DNA of 54,782 nucleotides from Burkholderiales bacterium (GTDB lineage Bacteria; Pseudomonadota; Gammaproteobacteria; Burkholderiales; SG8-41): contig JAYQOT010000005.1 of the NCBI GenBank assembly GCA_038144955.1, positions 1,751 to 56,532 of the forward strand, given 5' to 3'. The notes beneath the pieces are model-generated. The model did not search any database. It saw only the letters and a program-made list of their open reading frames with translations, and was not told the origin of the DNA. The position numbers and the translations under genes were made by a program. Of this stretch, positions 41,601-51,230 are shown piece by piece. How positions within the stretch are numbered: the first letter of the stretch is position 1; each line of letters opens with the position of its first letter.

Positions 41601-42465
41601 GGTCAAGGCGCCGGATACGCGTGTCCCGGATTTGCCGGCAGTGGATGTGGTGGTGGATGAATTTCATCTCTCCGGACTGGTCCTGGGGCGGCTCGAACTG
41701 CAGGCCACCCCGCTCCAGAACGACTGGCGGATTGACCGGTTGCGCGTGAGCAATCCGGAGAGCACGCTGAACCTCGACGGTACCTGGCAGTCATGGCTGA
41801 CCCGTCCGGGCACTCAGGTCAACGTTCGTCTGGATGTGAATGATGTCGGAAAATTTCTTGCCCGGCTTGGATATCCTGAAGGGGTGCGGCGCGGGACTGC
41901 GAAGGTCGAGGGTACGTTGACATGGGATGGCGGCCCCCAGCGTATCGATTACCCGACGCTGTCCGGAAATTTTGTGCTGGATGCCGCCAAGGGACAGTTT
42001 CTGAAACTCGAGCCCGGCATCGGCAAGCTGCTGGGCATACTCAGCCTGCAATCGTTGCCGAGAAGGGTCACGCTGGATTTCCGCGACATCTTCAGCGAGG
42101 GGCTGGCGTTCGACGAGATAGTCGGCGCAATCAAGGTCAGCAAGGGCATTGCCACGACTGATAATCTGCGTATTACCGGACCTGCGGCACGCATCAGCAT
42201 GGGAGGACAGGTTGACCTTGCCCGCGAAACACAGCAATTGCGCGTCAAGGTAAACCCCCAGCTTTCCGATACCGTGTCGGTTGCCGGCGCCCTGATCGGC
42301 GGTCCGGTTGCAGGTGTGGCGGCGTTCATTGCGCAGAAGCTGCTCAAGGATCCGCTCGACCAGATTGCGGCGTACGAATATGACGTGACCGGCAACTGGT
42401 CGGATCCGCAGGTGATCAAGGTCGAGCGTGCACCGACTCCGGCCCGTGAAGAAGGCAAACCATGA
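38617..42465 (+). CDS. yhdP: YhdP (TIGR02099) AsmA-like phospholipid bridge protein
   Basis: N-terminal TM anchor, ~1280-aa beta-rich body, SLQSLPRR..LDFRDIF.EG..FD, Y.VTG.W.DP.V; glnE/nit/tldD context. Confidence 0.93.
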   Translation: MSLAEVRNRIQKSSLWIYRLLTWCVLAVGLLFAATILVLRYWILPDIAAYREDIAQVLSRAVQQRVTIGGISANWDGLRPQLGLSQVVMHDAGGKPALELPQVDATLSWRSAARLQINFHALDIYRPVLTIRRDPNGAISVAGMPMDMNAQGGGGFSRWLLSQRDIEIHQARLVWNDEQRSAPVLELDQLQLRIVNSGDRHRMALRALPPAALASPLDVRADLTGEDFQALSQALTGQLYVNLDYVDIAAWRQWVDFPVHFPRGVGALRSWFTFTRNELHSVIADVQLQSVNARLGADLPDLDMEHLGGRFSWKRNADGFEVSTRKLTFRTGEKLELSPVDLRLQLGGAGSSGYDRGELKANALELAPLLKLADRLPLGDDVRKTLASYAPSGSLYDVSMRWNGAWPRPKTYALRARFSELALAPNGAVPGFTGFSGNIDGSEKGGNLHVVTQKATLEMSRLFRERLRFDSLTGQLSWSNQGADTELRFNNFAYANTDLAGTLFGTLRIVADGPGIADLTGHLTRGVANRVTAYLPLSVAKNSRGWLDRAFVSGTSNDVRFRLRGNLAEFPFADERNGVFEVAAKVSGGELNYGDQWPRITGIEGDFLFRGKRLEINAREGMINNVRLSRVRALIPDLVYTDEVLQISGEAEGATADFLGYIAQSPVRQMINDFTDGMSARGNGRLGLKLALPLRAMSRSKVSGTYQFLDNQLSLADAMPPLEQVNGRLEFTESSVRVPKATAVFLGGPLTVTAGTQRDAPVNIQFQGRINADAARRAGAVEWARYMRGSTDWRGTLVMRNKQVDLVVDSSLQGLAINLPAPFSKTAVEVLPLRLERKFTGARQERITASVGKLVNAMLYRRSDGKESRIERGAVRFGEGVIPEPEKPGIALTGSIASLDLDGWAALLGNPGGAGGAQLSAVDLQIGELEWFDRHFAPLKLTAQSQNGVLQINAQGRDIDGTASWSSQGKGRLNARLRKLALPAKDPKAVQGVQQVKAPDTRVPDLPAVDVVVDEFHLSGLVLGRLELQATPLQNDWRIDRLRVSNPESTLNLDGTWQSWLTRPGTQVNVRLDVNDVGKFLARLGYPEGVRRGTAKVEGTLTWDGGPQRIDYPTLSGNFVLDAAKGQFLKLEPGIGKLLGILSLQSLPRRVTLDFRDIFSEGLAFDEIVGAIKVSKGIATTDNLRITGPAARISMGGQVDLARETQQLRVKVNPQLSDTVSVAGALIGGPVAGVAAFIAQKLLKDPLDQIAAYEYDVTGNWSDPQVIKVERAPTPAREEGKP

Positions 42466-42782
42466 ACGCAAGGATGTCCATTCCGGCAGCACTTCTGCTG
42501 TGCCCGCTGGCACTTGCGGCTGCGGAACTCGGGCCGGAATTGTGGGACCGGCCGCGTTCGGCGCAGACCGTGATGGCCTCACCCGCAGTACGGCAGGCTG
42601 TTGCAGTCTTGCAGCAGGATGCCTCGGCCCGCATCATGATCGTGCACGGTTCACGCCCCGAGTCCCTGGCGCAGGCCGAGGAATTGCGTGCATGGCTGGT
42701 GGCATTGGCAGCTGAGGGCACGCGCTTGAATTTGCGGGCCGATCCCGCCGCCACTGCAATCAGACTGGAGATAGCAAAATGA
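42462..42782 (+). CDS. Small exported hypothetical protein
   Basis: ATGA overlap with yhdP stop, signal peptide, ends 10 bp before the next gene. Confidence 0.7.
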   Translation: MNARMSIPAALLLCPLALAAAELGPELWDRPRSAQTVMASPAVRQAVAVLQQDASARIMIVHGSRPESLAQAEELRAWLVALAAEGTRLNLRADPAATAIRLEIAK

Positions 42783-42792
42783 GGAAACTGGC

Positions 42793-43653
42793 ATGAGTAC
42801 CCGGCTGGTATCAACGCGGGCGCAGTCCGGTGGTCAGGAGGCTGGCGGTAGTGGTTCGGTGCGGATCGCTGCGCTGCAGATGGCATCGGGGCCGCGCGTC
42901 GAAGCCAATCTGAAAGAGGCTTCGAGGTTGATTGACATTGCGGCTGCACAGGGCGTGCGCCTGGCGGCACTGCCCGAGTATTTCGGCATCATGGGCATGA
43001 AGGACACCGACAAGGTTGCGGTGCGCGAGAAGTTTGGAGACGGGCCGATCCAGGAGTTCCTGTCGGCAACCGCGCGCAGGCACGGCATGTGGATAGTCGG
43101 CGGCTCGGTGCCGCTGGTGGCGTCATCACCGGGAAAGGTGCTCAACACCAGCCTGGTCTACGACGACCAGGGCAAATGCGTTGCGCGCTACGACAAGATT
43201 CACCTCTTCGGTTTCCAGATGGGGGAGGAGCGTTACTCCGAGGAAACCACCATCGAGCACGGCAAGACGGTCGTCGCGTTCGATACGCCTTTCGGTCGCG
43301 TGGGCCTGTCGATCTGCTATGACCTGCGTTTCCCCGAACTCTACCGGGCGATGGGAGAGGTCGACCTGATCCTGGTGCCGTCGGCTTTCACCGAAACCAC
43401 CGGCAAAGCGCACTGGGAGACGCTGATTCGAGCGCGCGCCATCGAAAATCTTGCCTATGTGCTTGCGCCTGCCCAGGGTGGTTATCATGTCAACGGCCGC
43501 GAGACTCATGGTGATTCGATGATCGTCGATCCCTGGGGTGTCATACTGGATCGGCTGCCGCGGGGGTCCGGGGTGGTTGTCGCCGGCATGAATCGGTCCC
43601 ATATCAAACGTCTGCGTGCCAGTTTGCCCGCCCTGGCACACCGCACGCTCTAG
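42793..43653 (+). CDS. Carbon-nitrogen hydrolase (Nit1/deaminated glutathione amidase)
   Basis: LPEYF, YDKIHLF, ICYDLRFPELYR, RARAIEN, G.SMIVDPWG. Confidence 0.95.
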   Translation: MSTRLVSTRAQSGGQEAGGSGSVRIAALQMASGPRVEANLKEASRLIDIAAAQGVRLAALPEYFGIMGMKDTDKVAVREKFGDGPIQEFLSATARRHGMWIVGGSVPLVASSPGKVLNTSLVYDDQGKCVARYDKIHLFGFQMGEERYSEETTIEHGKTVVAFDTPFGRVGLSICYDLRFPELYRAMGEVDLILVPSAFTETTGKAHWETLIRARAIENLAYVLAPAQGGYHVNGRETHGDSMIVDPWGVILDRLPRGSGVVVAGMNRSHIKRLRASLPALAHRTL

Positions 43654-43690
43654 AAATTTATTATAACTTATTGTTTTAATTGGTAATTTA

Positions 43691-45133
43691 ATGAAACCTG
43701 CAAATACATTTGAAACCGCCAATGCGGTGTTGCTGGCGCCGCATGCATTGGATGAACAGCGGCTGCAGCAGGTCTTTGGCGAAATCATGACGCACCGCGT
43801 GGATTACGCCGACCTCTATTTCCAGTATTCACGCAGCGAGTCATGGAGTCTGGAAGAGGGCATCGTCAAATCCGGCAGCTTCAACATCGATCAGGGCGTA
43901 GGCGTGCGTGCCGTCAGCGGCGAGAAAACCGCGTTTGCCTATTCCGATGACATCAGCCTGCCGGCGCTGCAATCAGCTGCGCGGGCGACCCGCGCGATCG
44001 CCGCGCAAGGCGGCCAGGGAAGTACGAACGTGGCCCGGCGCGGTGAACCGTTGGCACTGTATGCGCCACAGGATCCGCTGGCGAGTCTGGATGCGCAGGC
44101 CAAGGTAAAACTGCTGGAGCGGCTGGAGCAGGCTGCCCGCCGCATTGATCCCCGCGTGACCCAGGTCATGGCGTCGCTGGCCGGCGAGTACGAGGTGGTG
44201 ATGGTGGCGCGCAGCGACGGCATGCAGGCGGCGGACATCCGCCCGCTGGTGCGGCTGTCGCTCCAGGTGATAGTCGAGGCTGACGGGCGGAGGGAGCAGG
44301 GCAGCGCCGGTGGCGGCGGTCGTTTTGACTACGGCTATTTCACCGATGAAGTAATCGGCGACTACGCAAAGAAGGCAGTGCAGCAGGCGCTGACCAATCT
44401 GGAGGCGCGGCCGGCGCCTGCGGGCACGATGAACGTGGTGCTGGGCCCGGGCTGGCCGGGGGTACTGCTGCACGAGGCTGTGGGTCATGGACTGGAAGGC
44501 GATTTCAACCGCAAGGGGACTTCCGCATTCAGCGGGCGCATCGGCGAGCGGGTGGCTGCTCCCGGTGTGACCGTGGTCGATGACGGCACCATTGCCGGGC
44601 GTCGCGGCTCGCTCAACATCGATGATGAAGGCAACCGCACCCAGAACAACGTCCTGATCGAGGACGGCGTGCTGCGCGGTTATCTGCAGGACGCGCTGAA
44701 TGCGCGGTTGATGGGCGTTCCGGTGACCGGCAACGGCCGCCGCGAGTCTTACGCGCATGTGCCGATGCCGCGGATGACCAATACCTACATGCTCAACGGC
44801 CAGTGCGAGGCTGATGAAATCATCGCCTCGGTCGATCGCGGGTTGTATGCGGTGAATTTCGGCGGTGGCCAGGTCGATATCACCAGCGGCAAGTTCGTGT
44901 TTTCTGCATCCGAGGCGTGGATGATCGAAAACGGCAAGCTGACCTATCCGGTGCGGGGGGCGACCCTGATCGGCAACGGTCCTGATGCGTTGACCCGGGT
45001 AAAAATGATCGGCAACGACATGCAACTGGATACCGGGGTCGGCACCTGCGGCAAGGAAGGCCAGAGCGTGCCGGTAGGGGTCGGCCAGCCGACCCTGCGC
45101 ATCGACGGACTGACAGTCGGCGGAACGGTATAG
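43691..45133 (+). CDS. tldD: Metalloprotease TldD
   Basis: [39 protein letters not shown]. Confidence 0.98.
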   Translation: MKPANTFETANAVLLAPHALDEQRLQQVFGEIMTHRVDYADLYFQYSRSESWSLEEGIVKSGSFNIDQGVGVRAVSGEKTAFAYSDDISLPALQSAARATRAIAAQGGQGSTNVARRGEPLALYAPQDPLASLDAQAKVKLLERLEQAARRIDPRVTQVMASLAGEYEVVMVARSDGMQAADIRPLVRLSLQVIVEADGRREQGSAGGGGRFDYGYFTDEVIGDYAKKAVQQALTNLEARPAPAGTMNVVLGPGWPGVLLHEAVGHGLEGDFNRKGTSAFSGRIGERVAAPGVTVVDDGTIAGRRGSLNIDDEGNRTQNNVLIEDGVLRGYLQDALNARLMGVPVTGNGRRESYAHVPMPRMTNTYMLNGQCEADEIIASVDRGLYAVNFGGGQVDITSGKFVFSASEAWMIENGKLTYPVRGATLIGNGPDALTRVKMIGNDMQLDTGVGTCGKEGQSVPVGVGQPTLRIDGLTVGGTV

Positions 45134-45197
45134 GCCATGTCAAGATTCCGCTATAATGCATTGATTTTATGGACTGTTGAGAAAGTTGAAGACTGAA

Positions 45198-46268
45198 ATG
45201 CCGCACCGTACCGACGATCTGCGAATCAAGGAAATCAAGGAGCTGGCGCCGCCGGCACACTTGCTGCGCGAACTGGCCCCGAGCGAAAAAGCCGCGGACA
45301 CCACGTACGAGGCGCGGCAGGCGATTCATCGCATCATCCACGGCGCCGATGACCGCCTGCTGGTGATCATGGGGCCGTGTTCGGTTCATGACGTTAAAGC
45401 CGCCAAGGAATACGCGGCCAAACTGCTCGAGGCGAAGCGCGCGCTGGCCGACGATCTGCTGATCGTCATGCGCGTGTATTTCGAGAAACCGCGTACCACG
45501 GTGGGCTGGAAAGGCCTGATCAACGACCCGCAACTCGACGGCAGTTTCCGTATCAATGACGGATTGCGCATCGCCCGTTCCCTGCTGCTGGATCTTAATG
45601 AAAGCGGCATGCCGGTAGGTTGCGAATTTCTCGACATGATTACCCCGCAGTACATCGCCGACCTGGTGTCCTGGGGTGCGATCGGAGCGCGCACCACTGA
45701 ATCGCAGATACACCGTGAACTGGCTTCCGGTCTGTCATGCCCCGTCGGATTCAAGAACGGCACCGACGGCAATATCAAGATTGCCATCGATGCCATCCGC
45801 GCGGCACAGGCGCCCCACCATTTTCTGTCGGTCACCAAGGGCGGCCATTCCGCGATCGTGTCGACCACCGGCAACGAGGATTGCCACATCATCCTGCGCG
45901 GCGGCAAGCAGCCCAATTACGACGCAGCCAGCGTGGATGCTGCGGGGCGCGGACTGGCCGAGGCCGGCATTCCGGCGCGCATCATGATCGATTTCAGCCA
46001 CAGCAACAGCAGCAAGAAGCCCGAGCGCCAGGTGGATGTCGGGCACGATGTAGCAGGGCAGGTAGCTGCCGGCGACGACCGCATTTTCGGCATCATGGTG
46101 GAAAGCCACCTGAAAGCCGGCCGCCAGGACCTGGTGCCCGGCAAGCCGCTCACCTACGGCGTCAGCATTACCGATGGCTGCATCGGCTGGGAAGAAAGCC
46201 GAAAACTGCTCGATACGCTTGCCGACGGAGTGCGTCGGCGCCGGCTCAAGGCGGTCGCTGCGGACTGA
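45198..46268 (+). CDS. aroG: 3-deoxy-7-phosphoheptulonate (DAHP) synthase, class I-alpha
   Basis: GPCSVHD, MRVYFEKPRTTVGWKGL, IGARTTESQ.HR, GFKNGTDG, YG.SITD.C. Confidence 0.95.
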   Translation: MPHRTDDLRIKEIKELAPPAHLLRELAPSEKAADTTYEARQAIHRIIHGADDRLLVIMGPCSVHDVKAAKEYAAKLLEAKRALADDLLIVMRVYFEKPRTTVGWKGLINDPQLDGSFRINDGLRIARSLLLDLNESGMPVGCEFLDMITPQYIADLVSWGAIGARTTESQIHRELASGLSCPVGFKNGTDGNIKIAIDAIRAAQAPHHFLSVTKGGHSAIVSTTGNEDCHIILRGGKQPNYDAASVDAAGRGLAEAGIPARIMIDFSHSNSSKKPERQVDVGHDVAGQVAAGDDRIFGIMVESHLKAGRQDLVPGKPLTYGVSITDGCIGWEESRKLLDTLADGVRRRRLKAVAAD

Positions 46269-46319
46269 GCGCGCGGCCTCGACGGGATCCGACTGACGAT
46301 TGCCCATATTGATCTGAAC

Positions 46320-46862
46320 ATGGCCGAAGACAGTCAAAACGTGGCATCCGACCGGGTCAACCTCGAGAAACTCGAGCGCGTGGGCGCTGGCAGTGCCATT
46401 GCCGAAGAAATTTACGGTCTGGTCGGCAAATCCCAGTTTTTCACCGAGTTTTCCCAGGAAGACATCTCGGTACTTGCCGGATACATGGAGGTCTATCGCG
46501 CGAAACCGGGCGAAATCATCATCCGCGAGCGCGATGAAGGTGATTTCATGATCCTGATCGTCGATGGCGAAATCGACATCCTGAAGAAGGGGCATCGTGC
46601 CGAGCAGCAGCATATGACCAGCGCCGGGCCGGGGATGACCTTGGGCGAGATGTCGATGATTGACGGCGAACCGCGTTTTGCCACCTGCATGGCTTCCCAG
46701 CCCACCACTTTCGCCGTGCTGACGCGAGACAACATGGCGAAAATCATCCTTGACCATCCCGGACTCGGCTCCAAGATACTGGTGAAGATGGTCACCATGC
46801 TGTCGCTGCGGTTACGGCAGACCAGCAGCCGCATGTTGCGCCTGATGGAAGAGCCCCGCTGA
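46320..46862 (+). CDS. Stand-alone cyclic nucleotide-binding domain protein
   Basis: GEIII.E.D.GD, G.TLGEMSMIDGEPRFATC; no HTH. Confidence 0.9.
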   Translation: MAEDSQNVASDRVNLEKLERVGAGSAIAEEIYGLVGKSQFFTEFSQEDISVLAGYMEVYRAKPGEIIIRERDEGDFMILIVDGEIDILKKGHRAEQQHMTSAGPGMTLGEMSMIDGEPRFATCMASQPTTFAVLTRDNMAKIILDHPGLGSKILVKMVTMLSLRLRQTSSRMLRLMEEPR

Positions 46863-46879
46863 GCAGAACGGTTGCGGCA

Positions 46880-47767
46880 ATGGCGGCTTTGCTCCGTTGC
46901 CTGAAAGCATGGATGCTCCTCCTGCTGCTTGCTGGTGGGGCCTGGGCGGCACCGGTGGTCCAGCGCGATGCCCGCGGTGTCGAAGTGCGACTGGAGCAGC
47001 CGGCTCGGCGCATTGTCACGCTAACCCCGCATCTGACCGAACTGGTGTCTGCAGCCGGCGCCGGCGCCTACCTGGTTGGTGTGGCGCGTTTCAGCAATTA
47101 CCCTCCCGAAGTCAGCAGCCTTCCGGTGATCAGCGACTCGGGGCAGTTTGATCTTGAGCGCATACTCGGACTGAAGCCCGATCTGGTGCTGGCATGGCAG
47201 AGCGGTACGCCCCGCGATGCGGTAAGCCGGCTGGAACGGCTCGGTCTGACCCTGTTTGTGACGGACGCTGCGCGGCTAGAGGATATTCCGCACAACCTGG
47301 AGGCGATAGCAGCGCTGGCGGGAACCCGCGCTGCGGGTAATTCGGCAAGCAGGAGCTTTGCCGGGGAATTGCAGTCAATGCGCGCCAGGCAACGCTCCGC
47401 GCCACCGGTTCGCGTGTTCTACGAGATCTGGCCGCGTCCGCTGATGACCGTCAACGGTGCGCATATCATCAGCGACGTGATTGAATTGTGCGGTGGCGTC
47501 AATGTCTTCAGCGACGTTGCTGCATTGACACCGGAGGTGTCCCGCGAGGCACTGCTGGTTGCGCGACCCGAAGCCGTGCTGGGGGGGGGATCCGCCGACA
47601 CTGCTGAAAGTTTTTCCGCACGCTGGGCGGCGCAGGCTCCGCCCCTCAATGCTCTTCCGGGCTTACACATATCGCCTGACCTGATCCAGCGACCAACACC
47701 ACGCCTGCTCACCGGCGCACGCATGGTCTGCGCTCATCTCGATGCCGTTCGCGCAGCGCGACGCTGA
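46880..47767 (+). CDS. btuF: Cobalamin-binding periplasmic protein (helical backbone receptor)
   Basis: PARRIVTL.PHLTEL, S.YP, ERIL.LKPDLV.AW, CGG.NVF, RP.PR; adjacent to pduO. Confidence 0.8.
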   Translation: MAALLRCLKAWMLLLLLAGGAWAAPVVQRDARGVEVRLEQPARRIVTLTPHLTELVSAAGAGAYLVGVARFSNYPPEVSSLPVISDSGQFDLERILGLKPDLVLAWQSGTPRDAVSRLERLGLTLFVTDAARLEDIPHNLEAIAALAGTRAAGNSASRSFAGELQSMRARQRSAPPVRVFYEIWPRPLMTVNGAHIISDVIELCGGVNVFSDVAALTPEVSREALLVARPEAVLGGGSADTAESFSARWAAQAPPLNALPGLHISPDLIQRPTPRLLTGARMVCAHLDAVRAARR

Positions 47768-47777
47768 CGGGGTCTGA

Positions 47778-48329
47778 TCAGGAGCGGTTTCGGCCCTGTT
47801 GCCAGAGTACGTCTCCCGCGCCGGCCTGGTTGATCAGCCGTGCGACGACAAACAGCAGGTCTGACAGCCGGTTGAGATATTGCGTCGGCAGCGGCTGCAG
47901 TGTCTCGGCACGGGACAAAGCGACCAGGGTGCGTTCGGCACGCCGGCAGACGGTGCGAGCCAGATGCGCCTGCGCGGCGGGGCGTGAACCTCCGGGCAGC
48001 ACGAACTCTTTCAGCGGTGGCAGTCCCGAATTGAATTCTTCGATCAGCCGGTCGATCCGGGCGAGATGGCCGTCATTGATCAGCGTATGTCCGGGGAGGC
48101 TCAGTTCGCCGCCGAGGTCGAACAGGTCGTGCTGTATTCCGTACAGCGCGCTGCGCAGGTTTTCGGGCAGGGTTTCGGCCAGCAGCACACCAATGCAACT
48201 GTTCAGTTCATCGACATCACCAAGGGCAGCCACCCGCAATTGATCCTTGCCGATGCGCTTGCCGGAAGCGAGTCCGGTGGTGCCGTCATCCCCGGTGCGG
48301 GTGACTATTTTCGAGAGGCGGTTGGACAT
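47778..48329 (-). CDS. pduO: PduO-type cob(I)alamin adenosyltransferase
   Basis: KI.TRTGD.GTT.L, GDVDELNS, F.LPGG, RTVCRRAER, YLNRLSDLLF. Confidence 0.93.
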   Translation of the reverse strand: MSNRLSKIVTRTGDDGTTGLASGKRIGKDQLRVAALGDVDELNSCIGVLLAETLPENLRSALYGIQHDLFDLGGELSLPGHTLINDGHLARIDRLIEEFNSGLPPLKEFVLPGGSRPAAQAHLARTVCRRAERTLVALSRAETLQPLPTQYLNRLSDLLFVVARLINQAGAGDVLWQQGRNRS

Positions 48330-48443
48330 ACTGAATATCAGCTTAACGATCGCACATTATAGGCACGATACTGCAATACAAAGCAGCGCGTGATAATCTC
48401 AGGACAGCTGTTCTTGCGGGAAAACCACCTGTGGAGGTGCGGC

Positions 48444-48887
48444 ATGTTCAAACATATCCTGATCTATACCGATGGTTCCAAGCTGTCGCGCAAGGCGCTG
48501 GTCACCGGGATCAAGCTGGCGAAACTCTCGAAGGGGCGCGTCTCCCTGCTCTATGTGATGCCGCGGCTCGACCCGATGATTTTTGCCGAGGGGTATGTCC
48601 CGGAGCCTGACTGGATGGACAATTACGAAAGTTCCGCGCGCGAGAATGCCAAGGCCTATCTGGCGCGCGCCGAGGTGCAGGCGGCGAAATCGGGCGTGTC
48701 CTGCAGCACGCGCATGGCTGTAGCCGACCGTCCCTACAAGGAAATCATCGCTACAGCACGCTCACGCAACTGCGATGCGATTGTCATGCCTTCGCGGGGT
48801 CGCAAGGGGCTGACCGCCGTGTTGCTGGGTAGCGAGACCATGGAAGTCCTGACCCGCTGCACCCGGCCGGTTATCGTGGTCAGATAA
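48444..48887 (+). CDS. Universal stress protein
   Basis: MFKHILI.TDGS, I...A....CD.IVM.S.GR.G....LGS.T..VL.....PV.VVR; GGAGG RBS. Confidence 0.93.
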   Translation: MFKHILIYTDGSKLSRKALVTGIKLAKLSKGRVSLLYVMPRLDPMIFAEGYVPEPDWMDNYESSARENAKAYLARAEVQAAKSGVSCSTRMAVADRPYKEIIATARSRNCDAIVMPSRGRKGLTAVLLGSETMEVLTRCTRPVIVVR

Positions 48888-48914
48888 AGTTCAATAAAAA
48901 CAAATATTTGTAAC

Positions 48915-50729
48915 TCATGGCGCAGCGGAGGATCGCGGCGTTCCGTCGGGCAGTGTGGTCTGGCATTCGCGGAAAATGCGCAATTTGCATTCACGGCAGA
49001 TGGCGACATCGAGCTTGGGGTAAATGGCGCTGATGGCATTGCTTTTGACCGGGAACAGGTTCTCTTCACCGATGTCGTGCAGGTAGCCGCCACGCCGCAA
49101 CAGGCGCAATACCTCATCCTTGAGGCGGTAGAAGTAGAGGCCACCGCCGAATCGCCTTCTGCGCTTGGCTTCATGGGCGAACAGCTCGGCGCCGGCCACA
49201 TCGACGAAATTGATGCCACTGGCGGCAACGACCACATGTTTCTGCGGGGTGCGTTCGCCAATCTGTTGCAGCAGCTGTTGGGTGTGATCGACGGCGCCGA
49301 AGAAAATCGAGCCGTTGATGCGTACGCATTTGACCTGGGGGCAGTCCGGCAGGCCGGTTTCGGCGGAATAGTGATAGCTGCCCTCGGCCGGGTCCGGCTT
49401 GACGTCGAGTATCACCGGATGCGATGTGCGCTTGAGGTAGAGCATCAGCGACAGCAGTATCCCGGTGTAAATCGCAAACTCGAGCTGGACGAACAGGGTT
49501 GCCAGCAGTGTCACCGCGAGCACTGTGCTCTCGGACAGGCTTGTGCGGATGATGTTGCGGATCTGCGGGATGTCGATCAGGCCCCAGGCCACCATGAACA
49601 GGATGCCGGCCATCGTCGGTACCGGCAGGAACTGGACCAGCGGCGCGACCAGCAGCACTATGATCACCAGGAACACCGCGGAGAGTACGGCGGCCAGGGG
49701 GGTTCGCGCTCCGGCTTCGTAATTGACGCCACTGCGGTTGAATGATCCGCTGGAGGCATAGGCGGAAAAGAAGCTGCCGACTAGGTTCGACAGGCCCTGG
49801 CCGATGAACTCCTGGTTGCCGTCGATGCGCTGTTCGGAACGCACGGCAATGGCGCGAGCAATCGACACTGCCTCGGTCAGGCCGAGCATGGTGACGGCGA
49901 CCGCGATGGAGGCGGTTTTGCGCAGAGCTTCCAGCGAGAAATCCGGTGCGGAAAAATGCGGGAAGATGCCGGACAGCGATTTGACCATGGCGATCTGGTC
50001 GCGGGCATCCAGTTGCGGGATCAGGCCCAGCAACGCCGCGTAGAGGCTGCCGGCGATCATGGCGAAGATCATGTAGGGCAGTCGGCGGAAGCGGCGCTTG
50101 ATCAGGATGCCGACCAGCAAAGTGATCATGCCGACGGATGTCACATACCAGTTGATCTCATCGAGGCCGTAGACCGTCTGGCGCACGGTTTCCGCAAAGG
50201 AGATCCCGCGCGGCATCGGGATGCCGAAAAAATGGGTGATCTGGGTGCTGATGATCAGCAACCCTGCGCCGGCGGTAAAGCCGAGCACTACGGTATGGGA
50301 GATGAAGTTGACCAGAGCCCCCATGCGTGCCAGGCCCATTGCGATCTGAAATACGCCGGTGAGGAAGGTCATCATCAGCACCAGCCGGATGTAATCCGGT
50401 GTTCCTGGCTCGGCTACGCCGCTCATCGTGGCGTAGATGACGATCGAAATTGCGGTGGTCGGTCCTGAAACCAGGTGCCAGCTGGAGCCGAACAGTGCGG
50501 CGATGATGGCGGGGATCATGGCCGCGTAGAGGCCGTATTCCGGCGGCAGCCCGGCGATGGCGGCGAAAGCTACGCCCTGGGGCAGCACCACCACCGCCCC
50601 GGTGAGGCCGGCAATGGCGTCCGCGCGCAGCGTCTCGCGGTTGACCATCGGCCACCATTGCAGGAACGGAAAAATCCGGCCCGCAACAGAGCGAAGCTGC
50701 TCGGGCGTGAGGCGCAAAGAAAACTTCAA
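48915..50729 (-). CDS. SulP family inorganic anion transporter with STAS domain
   Basis: D..AGLT....LPQG.AFA.IAGLPPEYGLY, GPT, NQE..GQGL.N, SGSF.RS; STAS domain. Confidence 0.95.
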   Translation of the reverse strand: MKFSLRLTPEQLRSVAGRIFPFLQWWPMVNRETLRADAIAGLTGAVVVLPQGVAFAAIAGLPPEYGLYAAMIPAIIAALFGSSWHLVSGPTTAISIVIYATMSGVAEPGTPDYIRLVLMMTFLTGVFQIAMGLARMGALVNFISHTVVLGFTAGAGLLIISTQITHFFGIPMPRGISFAETVRQTVYGLDEINWYVTSVGMITLLVGILIKRRFRRLPYMIFAMIAGSLYAALLGLIPQLDARDQIAMVKSLSGIFPHFSAPDFSLEALRKTASIAVAVTMLGLTEAVSIARAIAVRSEQRIDGNQEFIGQGLSNLVGSFFSAYASSGSFNRSGVNYEAGARTPLAAVLSAVFLVIIVLLVAPLVQFLPVPTMAGILFMVAWGLIDIPQIRNIIRTSLSESTVLAVTLLATLFVQLEFAIYTGILLSLMLYLKRTSHPVILDVKPDPAEGSYHYSAETGLPDCPQVKCVRINGSIFFGAVDHTQQLLQQIGERTPQKHVVVAASGINFVDVAGAELFAHEAKRRRRFGGGLYFYRLKDEVLRLLRRGGYLHDIGEENLFPVKSNAISAIYPKLDVAICRECKLRIFRECQTTLPDGTPRSSAAP

Positions 50730-50866
50730 TGGGATTCCCGGAAAGACTGTTTTTATTATCGACCATAGGGCCGCTTCCCGGCAATCAGGCCTGTTTCGGG
50801 GGCAATCAGCAAAATTTTTAGGCTATAATCCGCGTCCTGCACAATCCAATCTGAAAGACCACCCTC

Positions 50867-51211
50867 ATGAAGCGTTTATTTGCATTATGTGTCGGGCTGG
50901 GCGTTGCGGGCCTGCTGTCGGGGACCGCGGTTGCCGCGGAAGGCAATCCGGCGGCCGGTAAGGACAAGACTTCAATGTGCGCCGGCTGTCACGGCATCCC
51001 CGGCTACAAAACGGCTTTCCCGTCGACTTACAGCGTTCCCAAGCTCGGCGGCCAGCACGCGGCTTACATCGTCAAGGCGCTGCAGGGTTACAAGAACGGC
51101 GATCGCACTCACCCCTCGATGCGTGCGATTGCGGCGGGACTGACCGATCAGGACATGGCAGATCTTGGGGCTTACTATGCATCGACTGCGGTCCAGTCCG
51201 CGGCGAAATAA
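50867..51211 (+). CDS. Monoheme cytochrome c (c4/c553-like)
   Basis: Signal peptide, CAGCH, P.L.GQ...Y...AL..YK.G.R...M. Confidence 0.93.
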   Translation: MKRLFALCVGLGVAGLLSGTAVAAEGNPAAGKDKTSMCAGCHGIPGYKTAFPSTYSVPKLGGQHAAYIVKALQGYKNGDRTHPSMRAIAAGLTDQDMADLGAYYASTAVQSAAK

Positions 51212-51230
51212 CGGAATCCAGGGGATGAAA

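Noticed and set aside
46863-48443. Cobalamin riboswitch near btuF/pduO
   Set aside because: Gaps are short (17 bp before btuF) and no B12-box is recognisable upstream of pduO
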